Position numbers and translations under genes: made by a program. Shown here in pieces: positions 1 through 12,499 of a stretch of DNA of 64,000 nt. This DNA comes from Amphiscolops sp. MND2022. Its lineage: Eukaryota. Location: NCBI GenBank assembly GCA_964187785.1, contig OZ076409.1:62312001-62376000 (forward strand), given 5' to 3'. The notes beneath the pieces were generated by a model. The model made no database searches, had not been told where the DNA came from, and saw only the letters and a program-made list of their open reading frames with translations. Every line of letters begins with the position of its first letter. Positions within the stretch are counted from its first letter, which is position 1.

Positions 1-835
1 ACAATTCGTCCCAAGCGACAATTCGTCCCAAGCGACAATTCGTCCCAAGCGACAATTCGTCCCAACCGACAATTCGTCCCAAGCGACAATTCGTCCCAAG
101 CGACAATTCGTCCCAAGCGACAATTCGTCCCAAGCGACAATTCGTCCCAAGCGACAATTCGTCCCAAGCGACAATTCGTCCCAAGCGGCAATTCGTCCCA
201 AGCGACACTTCGTCCAAAATGACAATTCGTCCCAAGCGGCAATTCGTCCCAATTTGGAAAGGCTATAAGTTCGTCCCATTTGTGAAAAGTGACAATTCGT
301 CCCAAATTGTTGGCTTGATTAGCTAATTACCAACCTTTTCAAGATTCAAATTCAAGAAAACCAAATCGTTCTAAAAGTAGAAATTTGCATTTTGTATATT
401 GCATTTTACGTACTAGACTTGAAATACCGAAGAATGTGAGAGAAGATTATTCGGTTTGCCATAATGGGGTGCTATTAATTAGTGTTAATTGTTGGTACCA
501 GCCTCTAAGTCTTATATTTACGGATTCGTTATTACAAAGGTATAAATTGGCAATTAAATAGGGGACGAATTGCAGCTTTTAATAGAAGGGACGAATTGTC
601 GCCATTCCAACGTGACATGCACAGCGGATCACTACAGTGACCTTCAGCCATACCGTAAAACATGCGGACTTAGACAGAGGCGCAGGCATTGTTTAGCAAG
701 AGACTCTAAATGCTGTCATTTCGAGTTGAATAGATTTGTGAACATATAATACCAAAAAAGGTTGACGCTTGGGACGAATTGTCGCTTTTTGGAATTTGTG
801 ACGAATTGTCGTTTGTGACGAATTGTCGCTTTACG
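1..835. mobile_element. Foldback/Mutator-type MITE whose arms are tandem 17-bp units (ACAATTCGTCCCAAGCG); left end lies outside the window
   Basis: About 14 tandem 17-bp units at 1-253; inverted copies (GGGACGAATTGTCGCT) at ~560-600 and 768-835; same family as 37580-38056. Confidence 0.8.
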
Positions 836-1339
836 TCATCGTTCGGTCTTGTGCGGTATCATTTCACTAGAATTCGATCAGCGTATTGAATGAAATTTTT
901 GTCACTTGAATACGAAGCGCAGCTTCACGTTTTCTGGGGCCTTGAATTTTCTACAAAGTCAAGTTCAACACGCGTTTATTGAGTTTATACCCTTTCAAGC
1001 CTCAATCAGTCAAAAGTAAGACGAAATTGATAAAATTACTTTGAATTTATTCAAGTAATTAAAACTAAACAGCCGTAAAATGGATTTAAAAAGAAGTCGT
1101 TTTGAATTAAACAAGTGCAAAAACTCTATTGGAATTAGACAAAGTAATCTGAATTTATTCAGGAAATTTATCCGTCAATTTATTCTCGGCCAATACAAGC
1201 TGGAAGGTAGGTTGTCGTGTGGTTATACCAGAATTGGCATTTTGAAATGTAAAATCTATTCTGCTGCAATGTTTTACCACTCAATGTCTCTCCTTTAGGG
1301 AAAATGAACTCATCTTTTTAGGATGCCAATGATCTTTTG

Positions 1340-1680
1340 ATAGCTTGTTTCCAACAACTTGTCGCATTTCAGCCATGTTCAGAAACGGAGAGTATTTCGG
1401 TAAATTTCAACCAGTGAAGTTGCCGGGACACCGAGGTCACTAATGCGAATATGAGGTCGATCGTTATCAAAAATGCAAATTCCGGAAGCGTTCCTATCGG
1501 AGAAACTGCTAGTTCCTATTCTTATTTGCTCACAGAACTTCCAAAAACCGAATGGCGGTATCCACGTATTCATCGTCAACTTTTCTGTTCAATCCCGGAT
1601 CACCTCAAATTGGTGGCACGACCCCTTCTTGGAATGCAGTTGTTTTCTTTGTTTTGAGAATTTTGGCCAACTCTACCAAG
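1340..1680 (-). pseudogene. Degenerate IS630/Tc1-mariner transposase remnant
   Basis: Minus-strand frames give IFDNDRPH and LPKYSPFLNMAE (DDE catalytic-region motifs), interrupted by stops and frameshifts; element ends not resolved. Confidence 0.5.
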
Positions 1681-3217
1681 TCATCTTTTTTATTATATGC
1701 ATCCAACAGTCGCTGTTTATCATGCTCGGAACTTTTTTCGTAAGGACCATTTGACTATCGAAGTCGTGGAATTTTTTCAAATTTCAACTATAGTGCGTTT
1801 TTCAACTTTCAATTTCGAAATTAGAGATAATGATTATCGCATTAACTTGTTGAACCTTTTAATGTATGTCATTGAAGTTTTATTAGTGTTGGGTTAGAAA
1901 CGCACTATCTGTGTTGGTTAAATCGAATTGAGTTTGTTTATTTCAATTTCACTTTGATTATTTTCACGCGCGTTTGATTAAATCGTTCTTAGTTTGACTA
2001 AATTGTTCTGAGATTTCACGCTGGTTTAAATCGAACTTCCGGTTGGTTCCATTCCACCTCACTTCGGTTGAATTTGTCCTTGAAAAGGTATATCAATTCG
2101 GTCGAGTGAAAACTTCAATTTTCAGGAAAGTAAACTTTTGGCCATATGGGACAATCCCAAAGGGTTCTAGTGTTACGGAAAAAATAATGCATGCATAAAC
2201 ATCAAATTAATACTGTTTCAAGCAAAGTATGGTTTTCATCTTATTAACTTGAAAAAAATTCATTGAATTCATGAAAATAAATAAGAAACCAAACTCATTT
2301 TTTCATCTAGTTCACAAAATTATTTGTTCGAAAGTTTTGACGCTAAAAATGTAGGCGTTAAAAAATGTGAAAGTGTCTGCGTCCCTTGCTAGGTGTACAT
2401 TACAGCAAATTTGTGATGGATGTATGCACTGAGTCGGAGCACTAAGTTCAAAGGTTGGTTTATTTTCATGAAATTCAGGAGAAGGAATAGGGTAAGCATA
2501 CGAATCTGTGCATAGGGAAGCTCTGAGAAGGCTTTTTGACTTCTCTGATCCGCTCGAATAAAGCCCCTTTTGTCTCTGGATGCGATGAACACTTTTGCCG
2601 TCAAAAGAAGCTGCATAAGATTCATTTCCACAAATTGTGGTTGTAATTACATAATCACTTTGATAGAAATATGAAGTGAACAAATAATTACGCAATTAAT
2701 ATGATTATTGGTATAACAGTTATTGATATTGATGATAATCAAACCTTTGTCACCATGTATTTGACGATTCGAACAGTAACAGGAAACAAATTCGTTTCCT
2801 CATGCTGAAACTCGACGAACCTACTAACAAACTCTTTCTCTGTCGCTCCTAAATAATAGCACTGCAAATTTAGGAATACTTGTTATTTATAAAAGCAAAA
2901 AAAATCAATTAACTTTTCGCCACGTCAAATAAGGAGCAATCCCATTATGAATGGAAGTAGATAGTAACGTTTCGGTAATTACTCATTTCCTCGTTTTGGA
3001 ATGCTTCAAGTCAATAACAGGTTCATGATCCAACAGATATTCATTTGAGGTCAATTCCAGATTCGCAACCAGTTGAGTCAGCTAAGAACCACCAGTTTTT
3101 GTTGGTCAAAGAGGTTCACAACTGACTATTGGTGAACTTTCTAGAACTTTCCAGAGATAAAACAACTTCGCAAGCTTTTGATTGAAATTATCGGAGGAAC
3201 TCAATTATCGGAGGAAA

Positions 3218-6200
3218 ATGAGTGGAAAGATGAGTTCAAGAGAACCGCTTTGGGCTAATACAACTCTGGATTTTAGCAAGATCCAGTATGTGGGATTCGA
3301 TCTCGATAATACTCTGGCAAAATACAGGTAAATCTCTTCAAGTTTGAGTTCCAACCTATTTGTGAAAACATGTGAATGAAAACATGGACTTGTGAATATC
3401 TGTTTCTTAAAAAATACTAAAACTTTCCGAGAACATTGAAAAAATATACAGAAAACATTTCACCATTGCCGACAAATTTTCCTTATATTTTTCTAAAAAT
3501 CAAACTCCATTCTGATTTATCCGAAATAAAGTTTTTAAAAATCTAAACTTGGCATTCTATGTAGGTGGCCAGTGTTCAGTGAGACTTTGTTTGTTCACGC
3601 ACTGGAAGCGATCGTAGATGACGGGGGATATCCAAAAGAGCTGGCTCACTGCAAATATGACGTCACGTTTCCAGTCAAGGGAATCTGGTTCGACACCAAA
3701 TTTGGAACTTTCCTCAAAATTGGCCCCAATGGGGACATTCTGAAATGCTTGGTGGGGTTTGAGGAGAAACATAGTGACGAAATTGAGGATTTCTATTCGA
3801 ACAAGTCAATTGCCATGTCGGGTAAGAGCTTATGATACTTTCTATTAGCCGAGAAAAAACAATTCGGTAAAACAAATTTAACTGCTTCATTTTATCGTGT
3901 TTTTTTTTCTCTTTTTGTCTTTCAATTTTTTCTAGGATATACATATACGATGCGTAGGAGGTTTCCACATGAACTGGAGAACAATAGAATTAAAGACAGC
4001 TAATTTCGCTGCCAAAAAGTTTCAGATTGAGATTTTTTTCCAGATACGATTTCGACAAAATGTTTCAGGGGCAAAAAATGTCTCCAATGTTTATAGGAAG
4101 GTCAAAACTTGTGTATCAGAATGTATCTTCCAGTCGGAAACCTAATTAAATTTACAAAATTTATCTCAGCACCTGTTTATGAATTTTTTTTAGAAATTTC
4201 CGAACTCCCTCGTGCAAAACTACTGTTCGTAACGAAAACTCCAGATAGGAAGTTTGTAGCCTTGACACTGTTCTACAACTTTTTGCAGAGACAATTTCTC
4301 TGTCGAAAATTTTTGAAGTATGCGTTTTCTTTATTTTTGTTATTTGCAAGGGTGTAACTATATTTTTTTGCTCACTAGGTTTCAAATGTGAGAAGATATT
4401 TTTGTCATTTCGGACATCGAGGATATGCTTATAAGGATAATTTTGCCTTCAGATCGTATCTATGTTTTCAACACCTCATTCCAAATGCCGGAACTGATGT
4501 TCTTCGCAACAGTGATAGACTTCCTGCGAAGGGAAGACAGAAAACAAGAGAGGCTGTCTGACCTCGGCGTGTTTGTTCACGACCAGTTCAAACCGTTTCC
4601 GAATCTGTTCAGGGACATGAGAAATGCTATTGATATTGTGCATGACGGAGGCAGGTTCAAAAAACAAGTGCTGGACAACTTGGACCTATTCTTGGATGAC
4701 AATGGAGAAGTTGCTAATCTTCTGCAATCGCTGAAGGTTTGTCTGAGTTTTTTTGAGCTTGCGAAAAGAGATCTGCTTTGAATCGCCCATCTTTTTTATG
4801 CACACGAAATTATAAATTGAAAATAATAACCCAGGAGCAGTTGGTAATAATTGGTGAAAGTGTGTGTTTTACAGCAAAAAACTAACTTATTAATAAACAG
4901 ATTACGATGCGTGACTGAAACCCAATTTACCGGGATGTGTCTCGTAATGCTGACGTGTACAGACAAAAGCGCCCCAGTCAAAAGCGCCCATTTTACACAG
5001 TCAAAAGCGCCCTTATGCAAAACGTCTTACTAATTTTTGAGTTGATTTGACCGCCACTAATTAACCTTAATTGAAGGTGTTCAATACAAAGTTAACTCAC
5101 TTGGAACGCCAGATTTGACATTTTCACACCTAACAAATCTCAATTGAAAGGTTAATACTCAAACGGCTAATTTTGGCATTTCTGAACGAACTATATCAAT
5201 TTTGTTATTGAATTAGTTTGTGAAAACACTGGTTTGAGATGAAATAGTGTGCGCTTTTGACTGGGCGCTTTTGTCTGGGGCGCTTTTGTCTGGTAACCAA
5301 TGCTGATCCTGGGTGATACGTTTTTCTTCATCTTCCTTCACAATTCAGGGGAAATGATTCCAATAACTGGTAACCTAGACTAAAATTGGTGTCTCAGAAG
5401 TTCTCATCATTGGTTAATTGGGAAGTATGAATAGCTATCTGACTGAAATTCAATTATGATAAGATTCAAACTCAGAAATGCAAATAGGCAGTTGCCATGG
5501 AAAATCTCCAACATTTTTCGAAGACATCAATGTATTATCAGCTCATTTCTGTTCCAGGCAGCAGGGAAGAAAACTTTCATGGTGACAAACTGCAACTTCG
5601 ATTACAGTAACAAAATAATGAGATACTTGTTCTCAAATACCGATATCTGCTGGGAAGAAAACTTGCGTGAAAAGTGGGTAAATGCCTTCGACATCATTTT
5701 CACCCAAACCAAGAAACCCAAATTCTTTTCGGGTCAAGGCAACCCGCTCAGTGCTATTGACACTGAAACCGGATTGAGTGTACCATTAGAGTGTGACATC
5801 AAAACGGCACTGAAAACATCGGGCCATGTTTTTCGAGGTGGAAGTGCTGCTGATTTCGAAGAAGCCATGGGTAAGTCAGCGCATTTGCCGGTGCTTTCTA
5901 TAAGTATGACTATTGTGACTAATTTTTCAAGACAAACGTCCAATGAACAGTTTACAAGTCTCCCTAGTTGAAAGCGCTCGAAACTTTTCATGTTTTTAGT
6001 CGGCGTTTTCGAAGAAAAACCCTACTCTTGCAGTGGCTAGTTTTTAGTCGGCGCTGTATGCTTTTAAGGAAAAATGCCCGACTATAGCAGTGACCTTTTT
6101 AGTCGGCGCGTTTTCCTTTTAAGAAAAAGCGTTTTCCCGACTATAGCAGTGACTGTTGTTTTTTAGTCGGCGCTTTATCCTTTTAAGGAAAAATGTCCGA

Positions 6201-9200
6201 CTATAGCAGTGACCTTTTTTTTCTTCAGACTACAATCCTCACACTGATCGGTCCACTTTTTAGAAACAATCCTGAAACCACCTGAGCACCTGAGGCCAAG
6301 TCCCCCCCCTTTGGATTTTTTTCGGCACTGTGTGACTTTTTTTGCGAAAATTTTTTAATGTCCCCAAAGGGTCCCCCTTCGAGTTTTTTGATATTTTGCA
6401 ACGGAATTTATGTTAGTAAGTCCAGAAGGGTCCCCCTTTTACATTTTTCGGCACTACGCGACATTTTTCGAAAGAAAAAAAATTTCAAAAATTTCAAGTT
6501 TTTTTTCCAAAAAAATATTTTGCGCATTTTGAGCCTTAGATATGGCGCCGACTTTAGACGTTCTCGTCTTGTTTCTTCAGACCACAGAACTCACACTGGT
6601 CGGTCCACTTTTTACAGAAACTACTATAAAACTATTCAGGCCAAGTCCAGCCAAGACAAGTTTAGTGCAAATTTTCATTTTTGACTTTTTTAACGTAACC
6701 TACAAAACCGGATGAGACGAAAGGGTAAATAAGTACTACTAAGTAAGTACTAAACTAAATAAGTTCAACTACTAAATAAGTACTAAACTACTGGACCGCT
6801 AAAGGCAAACGGGGAGCGCATTCATTTACTTTTTAAACGTTACAACATACAAGCCCGGACGGGACTAAAGTTCCCCCCCCCTCTTTCGATTTTTTTTCGG
6901 CGCTGTGAGACTTTTTTTCGAAATTTTTTTAATGTCCCCAAAGGGTCCCCCCTTTGAGTTTTTTGTTATTTTGCAACAGAATTTATGTTTATAAATCAAA
7001 AAGGGTCCCCTTTTACATTTTTCGGCACTGTGCGACATTTTCCGAAAGAAAAAAAATTTCAAAAATTTCAAGTTTTTTTCCAAAAAAAATGTTTTGCGCT
7101 TTTTGAGCCTTAGATATAGCGCCAACTTTAGACGTTCTCAGTTCGTTAGTTTTTTCGTCAGTTCAACGCTTACTTTCTGTGCATTATGCACTTTTGCCAT
7201 ATGTACTTAGTACTTCAATTTCAACGCATCCAAAGCCTTTAACATGAGATAAAGAGTCATTCCAAAGCAGAAGGGTCCCCTTTCCACTTTGTTGACACTA
7301 TGAGACTTTCCCCTTTTTTTTGGCACTGTGAGACTGTTAAAATTTCTATTTTTTCCGAATTTTTTTAATGCTCCAAAGGGTCCCCCGTCAATTTTTCGAT
7401 ATTTTGCAACAGAATGGATGGTCAAAAAATCCCTTAGGGTCCCCCATTTTACATTTTTTGGCACTATGCGACTTACCGGAGACTTCAAAAAAAATTTCGA
7501 AAAAAATCGGAAAAATTTTTTCCTCAATTTTTACTTTTTTGAGAACTTTTGTTGTCTCCAGTTGTAGAAAAAGTGGTTTTCGAACGTTATTGAGCCTTAG
7601 ATATGGCGCCGACTTGGGCCGTTCCTGGCTTGTTATAGGTTGCAATACAAATTTATTAGGTTTTTCGGAGCTGCTTAGAGAAGTTTTCATGCTCAATATT
7701 TTCATGATGCGTCACTGATTTTTCAGGTATATATCAAGATTCCTCCAAAACAGGTTTTTAGAGCAACATCAAGGAAATAAAAGAGAAATCACCCACGGAC
7801 TTTTGCAGATTTTCGCACTGGAATTTGTACAACTGGAATTTTTTTCAGGGGAAAAACTGTTTTTGCTCGCAAATTGTTGAAAAACGCAATATTCATTACT
7901 TTTCGAGTTTGGAAAAACAAAACACTTTCATTTTGAAGTTCTAAACATTTTTTTCAGGGAACTACTTTGAGAACGATAAAAATGGGTGCTATTTCGGAAC
8001 AATGCATGACAATGTTTTCAAGTCACAAGAAATGTTTCTTTTAATTGTTCGAAGCGTCTTTAGTCGGATGATTATTGAGAATATTACCCGACTATTAGAG
8101 TTGATTCTCCTCGTTTTTTTTCAATCCAAGCGATTTGACCAGAAAGTTCAACAAACGTTTTACAAATTATTGAAATCTTGAACTGTGCCATTTGGCCCAG
8201 CACGCGATGTCTTAATATTTGCCGTTATATCCGAAGTAAATTGCGCTTTACTAGAAAAAAAAGTGGATTATCGAACCTGATCTTTTTTGATTTTTTGCAA
8301 ACTAAATTTGAATTTTTGACGTTACATCCGATGTAATTGATATTTCAGGTGAGATTAAAACAAAAATCACTTCCATCCTCAGAAAGGTCCCAGCATTGGG
8401 TTTTTTTTGGTACTGTGAAGTTGAGACTTTAATCAAAAGAGAATCCTTGACGCTTCGAAGTATTGTTACTAATTTTTATCCGGGGTGCCGACTTATGCTG
8501 TTCCCGGCTTGTTTGCTATCATCGTTTCGCACCGACTCCCGCGTAATCACTTGTCTGTGGAACACTAACATTAATTTTTATACTATTTTATTACATTTAA
8601 AAGGGTATCTAGAACCTCATGCAATTTTCATGGTAAAAACCTGTTGAAAAAGAAACCAACATGCTCTTAAAAAAGTTTCATGACACTTAATTTCAATCTT
8701 AGTTGGTTTTCAATATTTTCGAAAGTAATCATCTCGCCGAAATTGTCGCAAATTCAAAAAAAAGTTTTGAAACACCAAAAGGTTGCCCTTAGTGCTCGGA
8801 AAACGCTTCAGAAGTTCGGATATAGCTGAGGCAAATGCCAGCACTTTTTTCGATCCTTTGCTTCCTCCTCAGTAAATCCGAAATTACCTTGGATATAACG
8901 TCTAAAATTCGGATATCGCGCTTACTTTAGATTTTACGTCAAAAACTTGGATAGTTTCGAAAAAACTATTGGTGGATATCTACTGAGAAAACCTAAGATC
9001 AGACAAAAAATGAGACATTTGAACAATCTCATAGTGTCGGAAAATGTAAAGGTGGGCCCTTTGATATTTTTAGACATCCGTTCTGTTGCAAAATATCAGA
9101 GAAATATTGAAGGCGGACCTTTTGAAAGCAATAAAAAGTTTTTGGAAAAAATTTCACAGAGCCGGAAAAAGGTAAATTTCAGAGTGCCGAAAAAAATGAA

Positions 9201-11066
9201 TGGGCACAAGTTCATATTACTGTTTGAACTTCGCTGGGTAATCGTAATCCTGTATCCCATTTTAGAAGTAACCGACAGATCTGCAATTCTCTATGTTGGG
9301 GATCACATTTTTGGAGACATTCTGAAGTGTAAAAAAGACGCTGACTGGAAAACTCTTCTGATAGTTGAGGAATTAGACAAGCAAATCACCAAATGGGAAC
9401 AAAGCCAAGATGCCATTAATGACTTGAAAAAGATCGAAGCTGAGAAGAAACGTTTAGAACTAGAAACAGTCATGTCCTTAGAAAAGAATCCTAGTTCTGG
9501 ATCATTTTATGAATCCAAGACATTGAACAGCTGCGGAACCCTAGAACTGAGTTCGATGACTATCAGAGATGTTAGTTTCGAAAACTTGGAGCAGCAAGCT
9601 CTTGCTAAGACCAAGGAGGTAGACTCAATTCATGGAAAGATGGGTGGAATTTTCAAGAGTGGTATGAAAGAAACTCTATATTCGTTCCAGGTTAGATTAG
9701 AGATAAGTTTTATATAACTCACTTATTCAATTCTTGCATATATGTACCATTTGGGTCTATCATGTCATCGTGGTATTTCAAGTTTCAGAGCTAGTGATGT
9801 ACAATAGTGTTTTGAAAAAATGATATCGTTGATATCGTTCCCAACCTGTTGTGACGCTTTTTTGCTCCTGTTTAAAAATCTCATTCCGAAAGTTGTGATA
9901 CTTTTAGATTTTGCCTACGACCCAAAAAACTTTCTTCTCTAGAATCGAATGGTAACACAAACTTCACGAGATTGGTGTTTCTCATTTTGAGGGAAAAGTG
10001 TCTGAAAGTTTGCCATAAAAGCAGTCTACTATAACATATTGATAAATGACCTCTATTTTGAAAAAAAAATCAATATAAGCATTGTCACAGTCCGAAAAAA
10101 ACTGACCACGGAAATGAACTTCTTTGAAAAAAATGCCCATATCGAAATAACGTCAATAAAAATTACTATAACGTAGTTATTGTATCCTCTAATGTCCTGA
10201 ATGCAAGAGCTAAGTTGAGCAACGTGTAATTACTAGCAGCAGCTTGTTCTGACGAAGGCTGTCCTCGAGGGGTTCGAAGCAAATATAAAAGTATAACTGA
10301 TCGAAAATGAATTTTTTAGTCGGCGTTTTTTGTTTAGCAAAAATGCCCGCCTCTTACAGTGACCTTTTTTTCCTCCAGACCACAGACCTCACACTGAATG
10401 ATCCACTTTTTACAGAAACTACTAAAGCCAAGTCCGGCCAGCGGGAACTTAGTGCAAAGGGTCCCCTCTTTCATTTTTTACTTTTTAACGCAACCTACAA
10501 AACCGGAAAAGACTAAAGGGTCCCACTTTCAATTTTTTCGGCACTATACGACTTTTTTTCAAAAATTTTTAAATGTCTCCATGCACTGAATCATATGGTT
10601 CCATGCGTGGAAACGCATGAATGTTATGGTTCCATGCATCGAATCGTTGGAATTATGTTGATAATATGGTGCTATGTATAGAACTGCATGGGAACCTCGT
10701 GAATTTGGATCCGGGTATACCACTAAACATAGTCCATTTTCTGGATCTCCAATTAAACTTAAAAATTCTTCAGTGTGAATTTGTTTTTTTGTTTGACTTG
10801 AATATGGTAATTGAACACTCACTCTGTTGATCATTGTACTAATCTTCAATATCTTTCTCGTTCAGACTCGGAGCTACGCAGATATCTGCGCCAAGAGTTG
10901 CCCTAGTCTCCTATCATACAATTTAGCGGATCATCAATTCGAGACTTCTCAGATACCGTTATCAACTCCAAAAGAATCACCAGAGAGTGACGACGGAAAG
11001 GAAATGAAAATGGTAGCTGACGAAATGGAGAAAGTAGATGAACAAAAGAGTATTTTCATCATCTGA
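3218..11066 (+). CDS. NT5C2: Cytosolic purine 5'-nucleotidase (cN-II, HAD superfamily), ~529 aa; exons 3218-3327, 3565-3821, 4453-4736, 5558-5870, 9266-9690, 10866-11066
   Basis: All introns GT-AG and phase-compatible (1590 nt total). HAD motif I GFDLDNTLAKY, GYPKEL..FPVKGIWFD, FNTSFQMPE, motif II TFMVTNC, motif III KKPKFF, motif IV LYVGDHIFGDILK..WKTLLIVEEL, RSYADIC, all colinear with cN-II. Confidence 0.92.
4955..5298. mobile_element. Mutator-type MITE with 14-15-bp subrepeats in inverted arms, in NT5C2 intron 3
   Basis: CAGACAAAAGCGCCC repeats at left and GGGCGCTTTTGTCTG at right; 9-bp TSD AATGCTGAC (4946-4954) / AATGCTGAT (5299-5307). Confidence 0.8.
5994..7635 (+). mobile_element. Cluster of Helentron/DINE-1-like (HINE) non-autonomous elements in NT5C2 intron 4
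   Basis: Four tandem 5' ends (TTTTAGTCGGCG...CCCGACTA hairpin) at ~5994, 6040, 6097, 6160; three 3' ends (GAGCCTTAGATATGGCGCCGACTT...CTTGT) at ~6572, 7140, 7635. Confidence 0.7.
8058..8513 (+). mobile_element. HINE-like element
   Basis: 5' TTTTAGTCGG...CCCGACTA; 3' GCCGACTT...GTTCCCGGCTTGTT. Confidence 0.6.
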
Positions 11067-12260
11067 AATTGGTGATCAATCATCATGATTTATTGATCAA
11101 CTGACTGACTCACTGCAACTATTGACTATGCATGTTTTATAACGTGCAGTACTGACTTAAACTTTCACATAAGGTTTTGAAAGTTTATCCAATGCCAACT
11201 TACACCTAACTTTGGAGAAACAATCCTCATTGCTTTTTCCTTTCATTAACCTAATTTGCGTGAAAGATGTCATTTTGTCTTGAACATGGCTGGATTTTCT
11301 CAAATCAAATGCTGAAATTTGGTGCATCTTCGATTGAACCTAATGAATCATGATTAATTTTGATTCGGATCAAAATGCATTTCATTTTCGCGGGCTTTTT
11401 TCGAATTTTTTGAACTTCGTAGGAGGGGGAGACCTTTAAGCAACTAGAGGATGCAAAAACTCTAATGTTAAAAATTCACTCACCGTTATGAAAATTGCTC
11501 TTACTAACTGACCGATGGAAGTAAACTGAAACAACGATTACTGTTTTCTGTTTGATGCGTCGATTGCTTAGTACATGCTCATGCATGCAAGTTTTGAAAG
11601 AACCTAAATGGTCATTCTAAAATTTTGACTTTTGGTTGATGTAACGTTAATGAATAATGATGTTTGTCTCGATAAACTGAATAGAGATGGCAGAAACTTA
11701 CGGCGTGTCAAATAGTAATTTACGTCTAATTGGCGATCAAAAACGACTTCGAAGGCATTTTGTCGAATTTATAGTAAAATATTCAGTCAATGACAATTTC
11801 ATTCTGCCCAGCTTTTACTCAAACTTCTACGCGGAAAAGGCTATTACTCAGAATTTTTGCGGGGAAAAAGTGGTTTATGTTAGTGAAATCCCGTGTTTTT
11901 CAAAATTTTTTCTCCGTGAAATGCGCCATTAAATTGAGGAAAACTCTCCGTGAATTTCTGCCACCCGGATATTATCTGACTTGACTAAAACTGATAATGA
12001 TTACTCCTCACTCAACTCACTCAGCACGACTACTTGAATGTTGAACTTATTCTTCATTATACAGTGTAGTGTAACTCAATCCTTTGTATGGAATTCTTAA
12101 TAATTATATATTTATGAAAATTCCCAATTACGCAATGCAACTAATCTAAACAATCACCTTGAAATTCAATCTTTGTGCAATAAACCTTTTCATCACGAAA
12201 GCATTTTGCGTATCAATCAATCAAAAAAATCAATCCAAACCTCAAGTGAAACATGCAGGC

Positions 12261-12499
12261 TGTTGTATTCTCGGTTTAATATGGTAAAAAGGTTCTTTAT
12301 CTAAGATAATAAATTCGTATCTTCTTCAGCAACTAATCTATAGTATCAATCTGAAGTACAATGATCAATGTTCTATTGTACAACACAAAATGTAGTAAAC
12401 TCAAATTGACAGTAATTAGAGTTTTATGTTTAACAACAATAGTATGCTCTCTGTCTAGGTTTGTAGTTTTGAAGGTCATGATATCTGCATGATATCACA
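12261..12499 (-). repeat. 3' LTR of the Gypsy element
   Basis: Direct repeat of 17982-18220 and adjacent to the PPT. Confidence 0.95.

Noticed and set aside
1..253. 17-bp repeat array as CRISPR or telomere
   Set aside because: Head-to-tail units with no unique spacers; it is the arm of a foldback-type MITE with a sister copy at 37580
6358..7718. K/F-rich ORFs
   Set aside because: Translations of A/T-run HINE interiors
8947..9265. N-terminal part of the 256-aa ORF
   Set aside because: Intronic repeat sequence in frame by chance; the exon starts at 9266
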